A DNA stretch of 64,000 nt from Gemmatimonadales bacterium (GTDB lineage: Bacteria > Gemmatimonadota > Gemmatimonadetes > Gemmatimonadales > GWC2-71-9), in contig JBDIWC010000010.1 in NCBI GenBank assembly GCA_039794085.1, positions 1 through 64,000 of the forward strand, read 5' to 3'. This document shows, one piece after another, positions 45,040-53,769 of this stretch. The notes below the pieces were generated by a model. It was not told the DNA's origin. It saw only the letters and a list, made by a program, of their open reading frames with translations, and ran no database searches. Made by a program: the position numbers and the translations under genes. How positions within the stretch are numbered: position 1 is the stretch's first letter; each line of letters opens with the position of its first letter.

Positions 45040-46178
45040 CCCGGTCCTCCGCCGGTCCCTGCGTGTACGTGAGTGCCGGGGAGCCCTCCGGCGACCGGCA
45101 TGCCGCGGCGATGGTCGAGGCCCTCAGGGCGGCCGCGCCGCAGGTTCGGGTGGAGGCCATGGGAGGGCCCCATCTCGCGGCGTCCGGGGCCGTCGTGCGT
45201 CATCAGATGGAGGAGTACTCAGTCCTCGGATTCGCCGAGATCCTCGGCGCGATTCCGAGGCATGGGAAGTTGCTGCGCACCCTCTCCGCCCGGTTTCGGC
45301 GGGGATGCTATGACCTGGTGATCCTGGTGGACTATCCCGGATTTCACCTCCTCGTGGCGCGAGCCGCCCGGCGCGCCGGTGTGCCCGTGTTGTACTACAT
45401 CGCTCCCCAGGCCTGGGCGTGGCGCCCCGGGCGGGTACGGACTTTGGCCTCCACTGTCACCCGGTTGGCGGTGATCCTCCCGTTCGAGACGGACTGGTTC
45501 GGGTCACGGGGCGTGAGGGCGGAGTTCGTCGGGCATCCCCTGCTCGAGACAGGAGACCGGGAAGATCGAGTGGACCGCGGCACGGAGCGGACCCGTCTCG
45601 GGTGGGCTCCCACCGACCGGGTTCTCGGTCTCTTTCCCGGCAGCCGGGCCCAGGAGGTCAGACGGCTCTGGGGCCCCCTTCGGGAGGCCGCACGGGAACT
45701 GCTGGAGAGGGGACAGTGCGACCGGGTCGTGGTGGCCGTGATGCCCGGAGTGTCCTATCCCGGACTCGACACCTCCCCCCGGTTCTACGCGGTCACGTCA
45801 TCCGCGCGGGCTTTTGCCGTGTCCGATGCCGTGGCGGTCAAGTCGGGAACCTCGACACTCGAAGCCGCCTTGAGCGACACACCGATGGTCGTCTGTTATC
45901 GGGCCCATCCTCTCACGGCGTGGCTGGCGCGCCGCCTCCTGCACGTTCCGCGGATCAGCCTGGTCAATCTGGTGGGGGACGACGACATCGTGCCGGAACT
46001 TCTGCAGAACGACGTGACGGGCGCCCGGGTGTCCACCCTCCTCGGACCCCTGCTCGATCCCGGCAGCGTCGAGACCCAACGACAGCGGGAGGGTCTCGCC
46101 CGGGTTCGGGCTCGGCTCGGAACACCCGGGGCAGCCCGTCGCGTGGCCACCGTGGCCCGGGAGCTTCTCGCCTCATGA
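45036..46178 (+). CDS. lpxB: Lipid-A-disaccharide synthase
   Basis: AGEPSGD, VDYPGF, YIAPQAWAWR, ILPFE, FVGHPL, PGSRAQE, SGTSTLE. Confidence 0.94.
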   Translation: MTRSSAGPCVYVSAGEPSGDRHAAAMVEALRAAAPQVRVEAMGGPHLAASGAVVRHQMEEYSVLGFAEILGAIPRHGKLLRTLSARFRRGCYDLVILVDYPGFHLLVARAARRAGVPVLYYIAPQAWAWRPGRVRTLASTVTRLAVILPFETDWFGSRGVRAEFVGHPLLETGDREDRVDRGTERTRLGWAPTDRVLGLFPGSRAQEVRRLWGPLREAARELLERGQCDRVVVAVMPGVSYPGLDTSPRFYAVTSSARAFAVSDAVAVKSGTSTLEAALSDTPMVVCYRAHPLTAWLARRLLHVPRISLVNLVGDDDIVPELLQNDVTGARVSTLLGPLLDPGSVETQRQREGLARVRARLGTPGAARRVATVARELLAS

Positions 46179-46783
46179 GGGTCGCTCCCGGAGTGGTCCG
46201 CGCGATCGGAGTGCCGGTGGTCGGGGCCCTGGCCCGCAGCTGGCGCCGGGTTCCGGTGGGGGAGGAGTACCACGGCGCACTGGTGGGCAGGCCACACGTC
46301 CTGCTCTTCTGGCATGAGGCCCTCTTCCCATTGCTCTGGCACCACCGGGGCGAGGATATCACCATCATCGTGAGTCAGGGACGCGATGGCACCTCCCTGG
46401 CCCAGCTGGCGGAACGGCTCGGCTTCCGGATGATCCGGGGCAGTTCCTCGCGAGGTGGCGTGTGGGCACTGCGCCAGGCGATCGCGGAGCTGCGGGCCGG
46501 CCGGGCCGTCGCCTTCGCCACCGACGGACCGAGGGGACCCCGTCGGCAGGTCAAGGGAGGGGCGTTCCTCGCGGCCCAACGCGCGGGGGTCCCCATCCTC
46601 CCCCTCCATGGCGCGGCCGAATCCGCGTGGCGCGTGAAGAGCTGGGACCGTCTCCTGATCCCGGTGCCGTTTGCTCGTGTGGAGATCCGGTATGGGCCTC
46701 CCTTCGTTGTGCCCTGCGGAACAGCCTCCCTCTCCCGCGCCATGGCCCTGGGGGAGACGATGCTGGGAGCGCTCGCCGCGTGA
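46175..46783 (+). CDS. Lysophospholipid acyltransferase family (DUF374-like) protein
   Basis: FWH, SQGRDG, IRGSSSRGG, DGPRGP, SWDR. Confidence 0.82.
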   Translation: MRVAPGVVRAIGVPVVGALARSWRRVPVGEEYHGALVGRPHVLLFWHEALFPLLWHHRGEDITIIVSQGRDGTSLAQLAERLGFRMIRGSSSRGGVWALRQAIAELRAGRAVAFATDGPRGPRRQVKGGAFLAAQRAGVPILPLHGAAESAWRVKSWDRLLIPVPFARVEIRYGPPFVVPCGTASLSRAMALGETMLGALAA

Positions 46784-47814
46784 CGCGACGGGGCGATGGG
46801 CATCGGCTCCTGCGCTGGCTCTGGACCAGCCGCCGGATCGACGCCCGATTGGCACGGCTCTCGCTGCTTCCGGCGGCTGGGTTGTGGACCACCGTCATGT
46901 CGGCCCGGCGCTTGGCGTATCGCCGGGGGTGGCTTGAAACGCATGACCTGCCCCTGCCGGCCGTGTCGGTCGGGAATCTCTCGGTGGGGGGCTCCGGCAA
47001 GACCCCGTTGGCGGGGTGGATCGCCCGACACTATGTGAAGTGCGGCCAGAAGCCGGGTATTTTGCTCCGGGCGCATCAGGGTGGGGATGAGGCCGCGGTG
47101 CACCGTCATGACGTGCCCGAGGCGATCGTCGTGGCGGACGCGGACCGGGAAGCCGGGGCCCGGCGCGCGGTGGCGGAGGGCGCCGACGTCCTGATCCTGG
47201 ATGACGCATTCCAGCGCCTCGACGTCTGGCGGGACTACAATATCGCGCTCGTGGCCGCGGAAACGGAACGGGCGGTCCGGTGGCCGTTGCCTGCGGGTCC
47301 CTGGCGCGAGGGGCGAGGCGCCCTCGACCGGGCGGATGCGGTGATCGTCACCCGCAAGCGGGCCGACCGGGACACGGCGGAGTTGCTGGCCGATGACCTG
47401 GCGGCTCGGGTCCGGGGCCCGGTGGGGGTGGTGCACCTTCATCTCTACCGGTTGGAGGGCCTGGTGTCGGGCCGGGTGGTCGACTCACCGCTGCTGGCCG
47501 GGAAGCGGGTGGTGGCGGCGTCGGGAATCGCCGATCCGGATGCGTTCGTGGCCCAGGTGAAGGCCACCGGCGCCCGGGTGCAGGTGGCCACCTGGCGCGA
47601 TCATCATGACTTCCGGGATGAGGACGTGGCGTGGCTCGCCAAGGCGGCGCGGAAGTCCGATCATGTCGTCGTCACCCGGAAGGATGCGGTGAAGCTCCGG
47701 CATCGGTGGCCCGCCTCGATCCCGGAACCGTTAGTGGCCGTGCTGGACCTGGTGTGGGAACGGGGGGAGGGGGACATCATCCGTGGGCTCGACGCGACTG
47801 TCGCGTCGCCCTGA
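46780..47814 (+). CDS. lpxK: Tetraacyldisaccharide 4'-kinase
   Basis: SVGNLSVGGSGKTP, GDE, ILDDAFQ, LPAGPWRE, DHH, TRKDAVK. Confidence 0.9.
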   Translation: MTRRGDGHRLLRWLWTSRRIDARLARLSLLPAAGLWTTVMSARRLAYRRGWLETHDLPLPAVSVGNLSVGGSGKTPLAGWIARHYVKCGQKPGILLRAHQGGDEAAVHRHDVPEAIVVADADREAGARRAVAEGADVLILDDAFQRLDVWRDYNIALVAAETERAVRWPLPAGPWREGRGALDRADAVIVTRKRADRDTAELLADDLAARVRGPVGVVHLHLYRLEGLVSGRVVDSPLLAGKRVVAASGIADPDAFVAQVKATGARVQVATWRDHHDFRDEDVAWLAKAARKSDHVVVTRKDAVKLRHRWPASIPEPLVAVLDLVWERGEGDIIRGLDATVASP

Positions 47815-47841
47815 CCTTGACCTGGGAGCATTGACGCAGCC

Positions 47842-49152
47842 ATGTCCACTCGGACACCGTCGGGACAGAAACCGATCATTCGGCAGGATCGCGACCTCCG
47901 TTTTGCCCATGAGGACCAGCCGCTCGAGGCGCTCATGTCGCGCTTCGACGTGGCCGCCGAGCGGCTGAATCTCGATCCCGGACTCTACAAGGTGCTTCGG
48001 AATCCGGAGCGCCAGCTGACGGTGTCGATTCCCATCCAGCTGGACTCGGGAGCCACCGAAGTCTTCATCGGCCACCGGGTGATCTACAACTCCTCACGGG
48101 GACCGGGGAAGGGGGGCATCCGGTTCCGGCCCGATGTGACGCTCGACGAGGTGACGGCCCTGGCGGCCTGGATGACCTGGAAATGTGCGGTCGTCAACAT
48201 TCCCTTCGGGGGTGCCAAGGGGGGAGTGGTCTGTGATCCCTACTCGATGTCCAGCGGGGAACTCGAGCGCCTCACCCGGCGCTACACCTCCGGCATCCTG
48301 GACATGATCGGCCCCGATTCCGACGTTCCGGCACCCGACGTGAATACGAACGAACGGGTCATGGCGTGGATCATGGATACCTACTCCATGCACAAGCGAC
48401 ACACCGTCACCTCCGTGGTGACGGGAAAGCCCGTCATCATGGGGGGGTCCCTCGGACGGCGGGAAGCCACCGGCCGCGGGTGCATGATCGTCACCCGCGC
48501 GGCCCTGCAGCGACTGGGGCACCGCATCGACGGGGCCCGGGTCGTGGTCCAGGGGTTCGGGAATGTGGGATCCGTGGCCGCGCAGCTGATGGCCGACCAG
48601 GGAATGAAGCTGATCGGGGTCGGCGACCACACCACCGGTCTGCTGAACACCAGCGGCCTCGATGTGCCCGATCTTCTCGCCTGGGTGGCCGAACACCGGG
48701 TGCTCGAGGGATATCCCCACGCCGACCACATCGCCAACGCCGACCTCCTCGAGCTGGAGTGCGAGGTCCTGGTGCCGGCGGCGCTCGAAGGGGTGATCAC
48801 CAGCAAGAATGCGCCCCGGATCCGCGCCCGGGTGATCTGCGAGGGGGCCAACGGGCCCACCTCCGCCCGGGCCGACGACATCCTCGAGGCCAACGGAGTG
48901 TTCGTCATTCCGGACATCCTGGCCAATGCCGGGGGCGTGACGGTGAGTTACTTCGAGTGGGTGCAGGATCGGGGGGGGTATTTCTGGGACGAGGACACGG
49001 TCAACGAGCGCCTGGAAAAGATCATGGACCGGTCCTTCCAGGAAACCTGCGCCATGGCCGAGAAGCACCAGGTGACGCTGAGGGTGGCGAGTTACATGCT
49101 GGCCATCGAGCGGGTGGCCGCGGTGCATCGGCTGCGCGGCATGTACCCGTGA
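47842..49152 (+). CDS. gdhA: Glu/Leu/Phe/Val dehydrogenase (glutamate dehydrogenase)
   Basis: [47 protein letters not shown]. Confidence 0.9.
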   Translation: MSTRTPSGQKPIIRQDRDLRFAHEDQPLEALMSRFDVAAERLNLDPGLYKVLRNPERQLTVSIPIQLDSGATEVFIGHRVIYNSSRGPGKGGIRFRPDVTLDEVTALAAWMTWKCAVVNIPFGGAKGGVVCDPYSMSSGELERLTRRYTSGILDMIGPDSDVPAPDVNTNERVMAWIMDTYSMHKRHTVTSVVTGKPVIMGGSLGRREATGRGCMIVTRAALQRLGHRIDGARVVVQGFGNVGSVAAQLMADQGMKLIGVGDHTTGLLNTSGLDVPDLLAWVAEHRVLEGYPHADHIANADLLELECEVLVPAALEGVITSKNAPRIRARVICEGANGPTSARADDILEANGVFVIPDILANAGGVTVSYFEWVQDRGGYFWDEDTVNERLEKIMDRSFQETCAMAEKHQVTLRVASYMLAIERVAAVHRLRGMYP

Positions 49153-49616
49153 CGACACGGGCCGTCCTGGCCGTGGGACGGCTCCGGGCCTGCTTTCGCG
49201 ACGCCTGTGACCTGTACACCGCCCGGCTCGCGCGTCAGGGACCTTGGGTGGTCCAGGAGGTGCGCGAGGCGGGGAAGGCGGGCTCTCCGCTCGTGCAGCG
49301 GCGCGAGGAAGCCCGTCGGCTCCGGGCTCGGATTCCCGATCAGGCCGTGAGGGTGGCTGTCACTCGGGGAGGGAGCGCCTGGAGCAGCCGGGCCCTCGCC
49401 GACCGGGTCGCGGCATGGGAGGCCGGGTCCCGGTCGGTCGTGGTGCTTCTCGGGGGAGGCACCGGACTGGATGCGGAGCTGATTGAGGAGGCGGAGCTCC
49501 GTTGGAGTCTCGGACCCCTCACTCTCCCCCATGAACTCGCCCGGGTGGTGGTGGTCGAACAAATCTATCGGGCCGGGACCATCCTTCGGGGTGAGCCCTA
49601 TCACAAGGGCGCGTGA
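49149..49616 (+). CDS. rlmH: 23S rRNA pseudouridine1915-N3 methyltransferase
   Basis: [38 protein letters not shown]. Confidence 0.9.
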   Translation: MTTRAVLAVGRLRACFRDACDLYTARLARQGPWVVQEVREAGKAGSPLVQRREEARRLRARIPDQAVRVAVTRGGSAWSSRALADRVAAWEAGSRSVVVLLGGGTGLDAELIEEAELRWSLGPLTLPHELARVVVVEQIYRAGTILRGEPYHKGA

Positions 49617-49619
49617 CGG

Positions 49620-50360
49620 ATGGCGGAATGGTTCGAGACCTGGTTCGGCGAGGAGTACCTCGCCCTCTACGCCCATCGGGACGACGACGACGCCACCCGG
49701 CTGGTGGATCTGCTCCGCCGCCTGCTCCCGTGGGAGCCGGCGTGGCGCGTTCTGGATGTGGGGTGCGGTCCGGGCCGACATGCCCGCGCTCTCGATCAAC
49801 TGGGCTCCTCGGTGATCGGAGTGGACCTGTCGCTGACGCTGCTCCGTCTGGCTCAGCGCGCGACCGATGCGCCGCTCATCCGCGCCGACATGCGGGCTCT
49901 CCCCATTCGATCCGGAGCTTTCGACCTGACCGTCAATCTCTTCACCAGCTTCGGATATTTCGCCGACGATGCCGAGCACGCCCATGCCCTGCGGGAGATG
50001 GTCGGAACGATCCGGACCGGAGGCTGGTTCGTGCTCGATTATCTGGACGCCCGGGCCGTGGTGAACGGTCTGGTTCCGGAGGAGCATCAGGTTCTCAACG
50101 GAAAACCGGTCACCATCACCCGGGAACTCACCGGGGAGAATCGCTTCGTGGTCAAGACCTTTCACCTGGCTGATGGAAAGACCTTCATGGAACGCGTGCG
50201 ACTGTTCACGCCCGGGGAACTGGAGGAGATGATCCGCGCGGCGGGCGCCGAGGTGCGCCATCGGTGTGGTGATTACCGGGGGACCCCCCTCTCCACCGCC
50301 GTCCAGGAGAATGACACCGGGGCCCGGACGCTCCTCATCGCGGAGCGTTGTCGATGCTGA
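49620..50360 (+). CDS. Class I SAM-dependent methyltransferase
   Basis: WFETWFGEEYLALY, VLDVGCGPGRH, GVDLS, ADMR, NLFTSFGYF. Confidence 0.9.
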   Translation: MAEWFETWFGEEYLALYAHRDDDDATRLVDLLRRLLPWEPAWRVLDVGCGPGRHARALDQLGSSVIGVDLSLTLLRLAQRATDAPLIRADMRALPIRSGAFDLTVNLFTSFGYFADDAEHAHALREMVGTIRTGGWFVLDYLDARAVVNGLVPEEHQVLNGKPVTITRELTGENRFVVKTFHLADGKTFMERVRLFTPGELEEMIRAAGAEVRHRCGDYRGTPLSTAVQENDTGARTLLIAERCRC

Positions 50361-51883
50361 CCTGGACCCCGACTCCGCTCGACGCCCCCCTGCTTCTTCC
50401 CGGCATCCGGTCCTCCGGAGGGATCGACCCGGCGCTTTTCCCGGCCCTGGTCGAGGCTCCCGGCGTCGCTCCCCTCGTCGAGGCCCTGCGCGACCCCGAG
50501 GTGCTGGTGGTCACCACGGGTCAGCAGCCCGGCCTCTTCACCGGCCCGCTCTACGTGGTGCACAAGGCGTTGTCGGCCGCCGCCCTGGCCCGGGTGCTCT
50601 CCGATCGGTGGGGACGAAGGGTCGCCCCCGTCTTCTGGCTCGCCGGCGACGACCACGACTTCGCCGAAGCCAGCACCGCCTGCTGGCTCGACAGCGAAGG
50701 GACACCGATCACCTGGGCCCTCCCCGAACGACCGGGGGATGCTCCCCTGACTCCGATGTACCGCGAACCTCTCGACGGCGGTGTGCAGGCGGGGCTCGAG
50801 GCCCTGGGCGCCGCGATCCCCCCCTCCGAGTTCCGGGAGTCGGTCCTCGACTGGCTCGGACGGTGGTATCGGCCGGGTCGCACGGTGGCCGAGGCCTTCG
50901 GTGGTGCCCTGGCCGAGTTGCTCGCGCCGGCCGGGATCGTCTGTCTGGACAGCACCCACCCCGCGGTCAAGCGCCACGGCATGCCGCTGATACGGAAGGC
51001 GCTCCACCACGCACCGGAGATCGAGGCGCGGTTGCTGGAGGAAAAGGAGCGCCTGGAGCGCGACGGACCGACCGTCACCGTGTCGGTGGGGCACGGGGCC
51101 ACTCTGGTCATGATCGAGGGGACCGCCGGCCGGGACCGCTTGATTCTCGACGACCAGGGATTCCACGCCCGACGAAGCGGGGAACGGTGGTCGCGGGATG
51201 AGATCGACCAGCTCCTCGAGGACGCCCCCGAGCGCTTCTCTCCCAACGTCCTCCTCCGCCCTGTCGTGGAGAGCGGCCTTCTCCCCACCGTGGCCTATGT
51301 GGCGGGACCCGGGGAGCTCCGGTATCTCCCGATGGCCACCCCCCTCTATTCCCTCCTCGACGTGCCCCGGCAGCTCCCGGTGCCGCGGTGGAGCGGCCTG
51401 GGCGTGGAACCCCGGGTCGAGCGTATCCTGCGCAAGTTTGACATCTCCCTGGGCGAGGTGCTCGCGCCGGGACAGGAACTGGAGGCGCGCATCGCCCGAG
51501 CCCACCTCCCCGGCGAGGCGCTGGAGGCCCTGACCCGGATCCGGGAATGTCTGGAGCGAGAGTATGACACGGTGTCTCGCGTCGCCACCGCCATCGATCC
51601 CACCCTGGCCCGTCCGGTGGGGAGCACCCTGCACCACGCCCTGTCCGGTGCGGACGACATCGAAAAGAAGCTCGTCTCCCACCAGAAGAAACGGGAGGCG
51701 ACCGAGCTGTCCCAGATCCAGCGCGCGCGGGACGCCCTCCAGCCCGGAGGCGTCGCGCAGGAACGGCGGCTGACGGTGGCACCCTTCCTGGCCCGCTACG
51801 GGTTTGCCCTGCTTCACGATCTCGCGGAGGAGATCGAGCGCTGGTACCGCGAGGCTCTTGCTCCCGCCCGGTCCCCCTCCTAG
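50354..51883 (+). CDS. bshC: Bacillithiol biosynthesis cysteine-adding enzyme BshC
   Basis: VTTGQQPGLFTGPLY, PVFWLAGDDHDFAE, FSPNVLLRP, YVAGPGELRY, QER. Confidence 0.92.
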   Translation: MLTWTPTPLDAPLLLPGIRSSGGIDPALFPALVEAPGVAPLVEALRDPEVLVVTTGQQPGLFTGPLYVVHKALSAAALARVLSDRWGRRVAPVFWLAGDDHDFAEASTACWLDSEGTPITWALPERPGDAPLTPMYREPLDGGVQAGLEALGAAIPPSEFRESVLDWLGRWYRPGRTVAEAFGGALAELLAPAGIVCLDSTHPAVKRHGMPLIRKALHHAPEIEARLLEEKERLERDGPTVTVSVGHGATLVMIEGTAGRDRLILDDQGFHARRSGERWSRDEIDQLLEDAPERFSPNVLLRPVVESGLLPTVAYVAGPGELRYLPMATPLYSLLDVPRQLPVPRWSGLGVEPRVERILRKFDISLGEVLAPGQELEARIARAHLPGEALEALTRIRECLEREYDTVSRVATAIDPTLARPVGSTLHHALSGADDIEKKLVSHQKKREATELSQIQRARDALQPGGVAQERRLTVAPFLARYGFALLHDLAEEIERWYREALAPARSPS

Positions 51884-51892
51884 ACTCCGCCC

Positions 51893-52177
51893 ATGATCTA
51901 TCTCTGGGTCATCCTCCTCGTCGCCCTCATGATTCCGATTCTCGGGATCGTGGTCGACTCGCCCATTGGGCGCGCCCTCGCCCGGCGCTTGGGAGGCGAC
52001 GAGACCCCGGCGTCTCCCGGATTGGCCGACTTGGCCCGCAAGGTCGAACTGCTCGAGGCCGAAGTGGACGACCTCAACGTGTCGGTGCAGGGGCTGCGCG
52101 AGGAGAACCAGTTCCTGCAGCAGCTTCTGGAGGACGGAGCGCACCGGCCGCAACTCCCCCCGCGGTCGTCCTCCTGA
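51893..52177 (+). CDS. Small membrane-anchored coiled-coil hypothetical protein
   Basis: N-terminal TM segment, SPIGRALARRL, heptad coiled coil. Confidence 0.75.
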   Translation: MIYLWVILLVALMIPILGIVVDSPIGRALARRLGGDETPASPGLADLARKVELLEAEVDDLNVSVQGLREENQFLQQLLEDGAHRPQLPPRSSS

Positions 52178-52203
52178 ACCGATCCACCGGCCGCGCCGCC
52201 ACG

Positions 52204-53769
52204 ATGGTGGGCGCCGGGATCCTGGCGAGTCGGCTCGCCGGCCTGGTCCGACAACGGGTGCTGGCTCACTACCTCGGTCTGAGCGGATCGGCCGACGCCT
52301 TCGCCGCCGCCTTCCGCATTCCCAACTTTCTGCAGAATCTTCTCGGCGAGGGCGCCCTCTCCGCCTCCTTCATTCCGGTGTACGCCCGCCTGGTGGCGGA
52401 AAAGGACGAGGAGGCGGCCCGGCGGGTGGCGGGCGCCGTCGGTGCCCTCCTGGCTCTCGTCCTCAGCGTCCTCGTGGTCGGCGGAATGCTGGCGTCCCCC
52501 CTTCTGGTCGATGTCATCGCGCCCGGATTCGCCGGGGGACGGCGCGACCTGGCCGTGTCCCTGGTGCGGCTCTTCTTTCCCGGGGCGGGGCTCCTGGTGG
52601 TGTCGGCCTGGTGCCTCGGCATCCTGAACTCCCACCATCGCTTCCTCCTCAGCTACTCCGCCCCGGTGGTGTGGAACGTCGCCATCATCGGGGCCCTGGT
52701 CCTCTGGCCCTCGGGGGATCCCGCCCGGGCGGCCATGATCGCGGCGTGGGGAGCGGTGGTGGGAAGTGCGCTCCAGGTCCTGGTGCAGTGGCCCGCGGTT
52801 CGCCGGAGTGCCGGCGCGATCCGATTTCGGATCAGGGACGCGGGGCCCGAGGTCACGGAGGTGGCCCGCACCTTCGGCCCGGCACTGCTGGGCCGTGGAG
52901 TGATTCAGATCAGCGCCTGGGTGGATACCCTCCTCGCCTCTCTCCTCCCCGTCGGGGCGGTCATGGCGATGATGAATGCGCAGACCCTCTATCTCCTTCC
53001 GGTCAGTCTCTTCGGGATGTCCATTGCCGCGGCGGAACTTCCGTCGATGGCCGCGGACCGGAACCGCGCCGACCAGGCGGACGCGCTGGGAGAACGCCTC
53101 ACCGCCGGGTGGCAGCGCCTTCTTCTCGTCATCATCCCCTCCACCGTCCTCCTGCTGGGGCTCGGTGGGGACCTGGTGGCGGCCCTCTTCCAGACCGGAG
53201 CCTTCCGCGCGACCGACGCCGCCTACGTCTGGATGATCCTGGCCGGCGCATCCCTTGGACTCCTTCCCGCCACCGCGGGGCGCCTCTGGGCCTCGGCGTT
53301 CTACGCCCGCGGCGACACGCGCACTCCCCTGCGCAGTGCCGTGATCCGGGTCGGAACCGGCATCACCCTCGGCTACGTCGGCGCCGTTTTCCTGCCCGGG
53401 TGGGTGGGACTCGATCCGAAGTGGGGAGCCGCCTTCCTCGCGGGCGCCGGTGCCGTGGCGGCCTGGATCGAGTTCGGCGTCCTCCGGCGCCGACTGGCAC
53501 CGGTGATCGGGCATGTGGTCTGGAACCCGGGGCTGGTGTTGCGCCTCACGCTGGTGGCCGCGGTGGCCCTGCTGGTGGCTCGTGGAGGAGCGGTGCTGGT
53601 CGGACCGGGTGCCTGGCCTCGTGCCCTCGTGGGGAGCGGGGTGTTTGGGGTGGTCTATCTCGGTCTTGCCTCCCTCCTGGGGGTGCGCGGTGCCCGCGAC
53701 ATCCTGGCGGCGGTGGGGAGCGCGTTCCAGAGGAGGCCACCCGGAGGGAGCGCACCCCGTGATGGATGA
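52204..53769 (+). CDS. murJ: Lipid II flippase MurJ (MviN); true start possibly CTG 52174
   Basis: SRLAGLVR, AFRIPNFLQNLLGEGALSASFIP, LPVSLFG, FYARGDTRTP. Confidence 0.93.
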   Translation: MVGAGILASRLAGLVRQRVLAHYLGLSGSADAFAAAFRIPNFLQNLLGEGALSASFIPVYARLVAEKDEEAARRVAGAVGALLALVLSVLVVGGMLASPLLVDVIAPGFAGGRRDLAVSLVRLFFPGAGLLVVSAWCLGILNSHHRFLLSYSAPVVWNVAIIGALVLWPSGDPARAAMIAAWGAVVGSALQVLVQWPAVRRSAGAIRFRIRDAGPEVTEVARTFGPALLGRGVIQISAWVDTLLASLLPVGAVMAMMNAQTLYLLPVSLFGMSIAAAELPSMAADRNRADQADALGERLTAGWQRLLLVIIPSTVLLLGLGGDLVAALFQTGAFRATDAAYVWMILAGASLGLLPATAGRLWASAFYARGDTRTPLRSAVIRVGTGITLGYVGAVFLPGWVGLDPKWGAAFLAGAGAVAAWIEFGVLRRRLAPVIGHVVWNPGLVLRLTLVAAVALLVARGGAVLVGPGAWPRALVGSGVFGVVYLGLASLLGVRGARDILAAVGSAFQRRPPGGSAPRDG

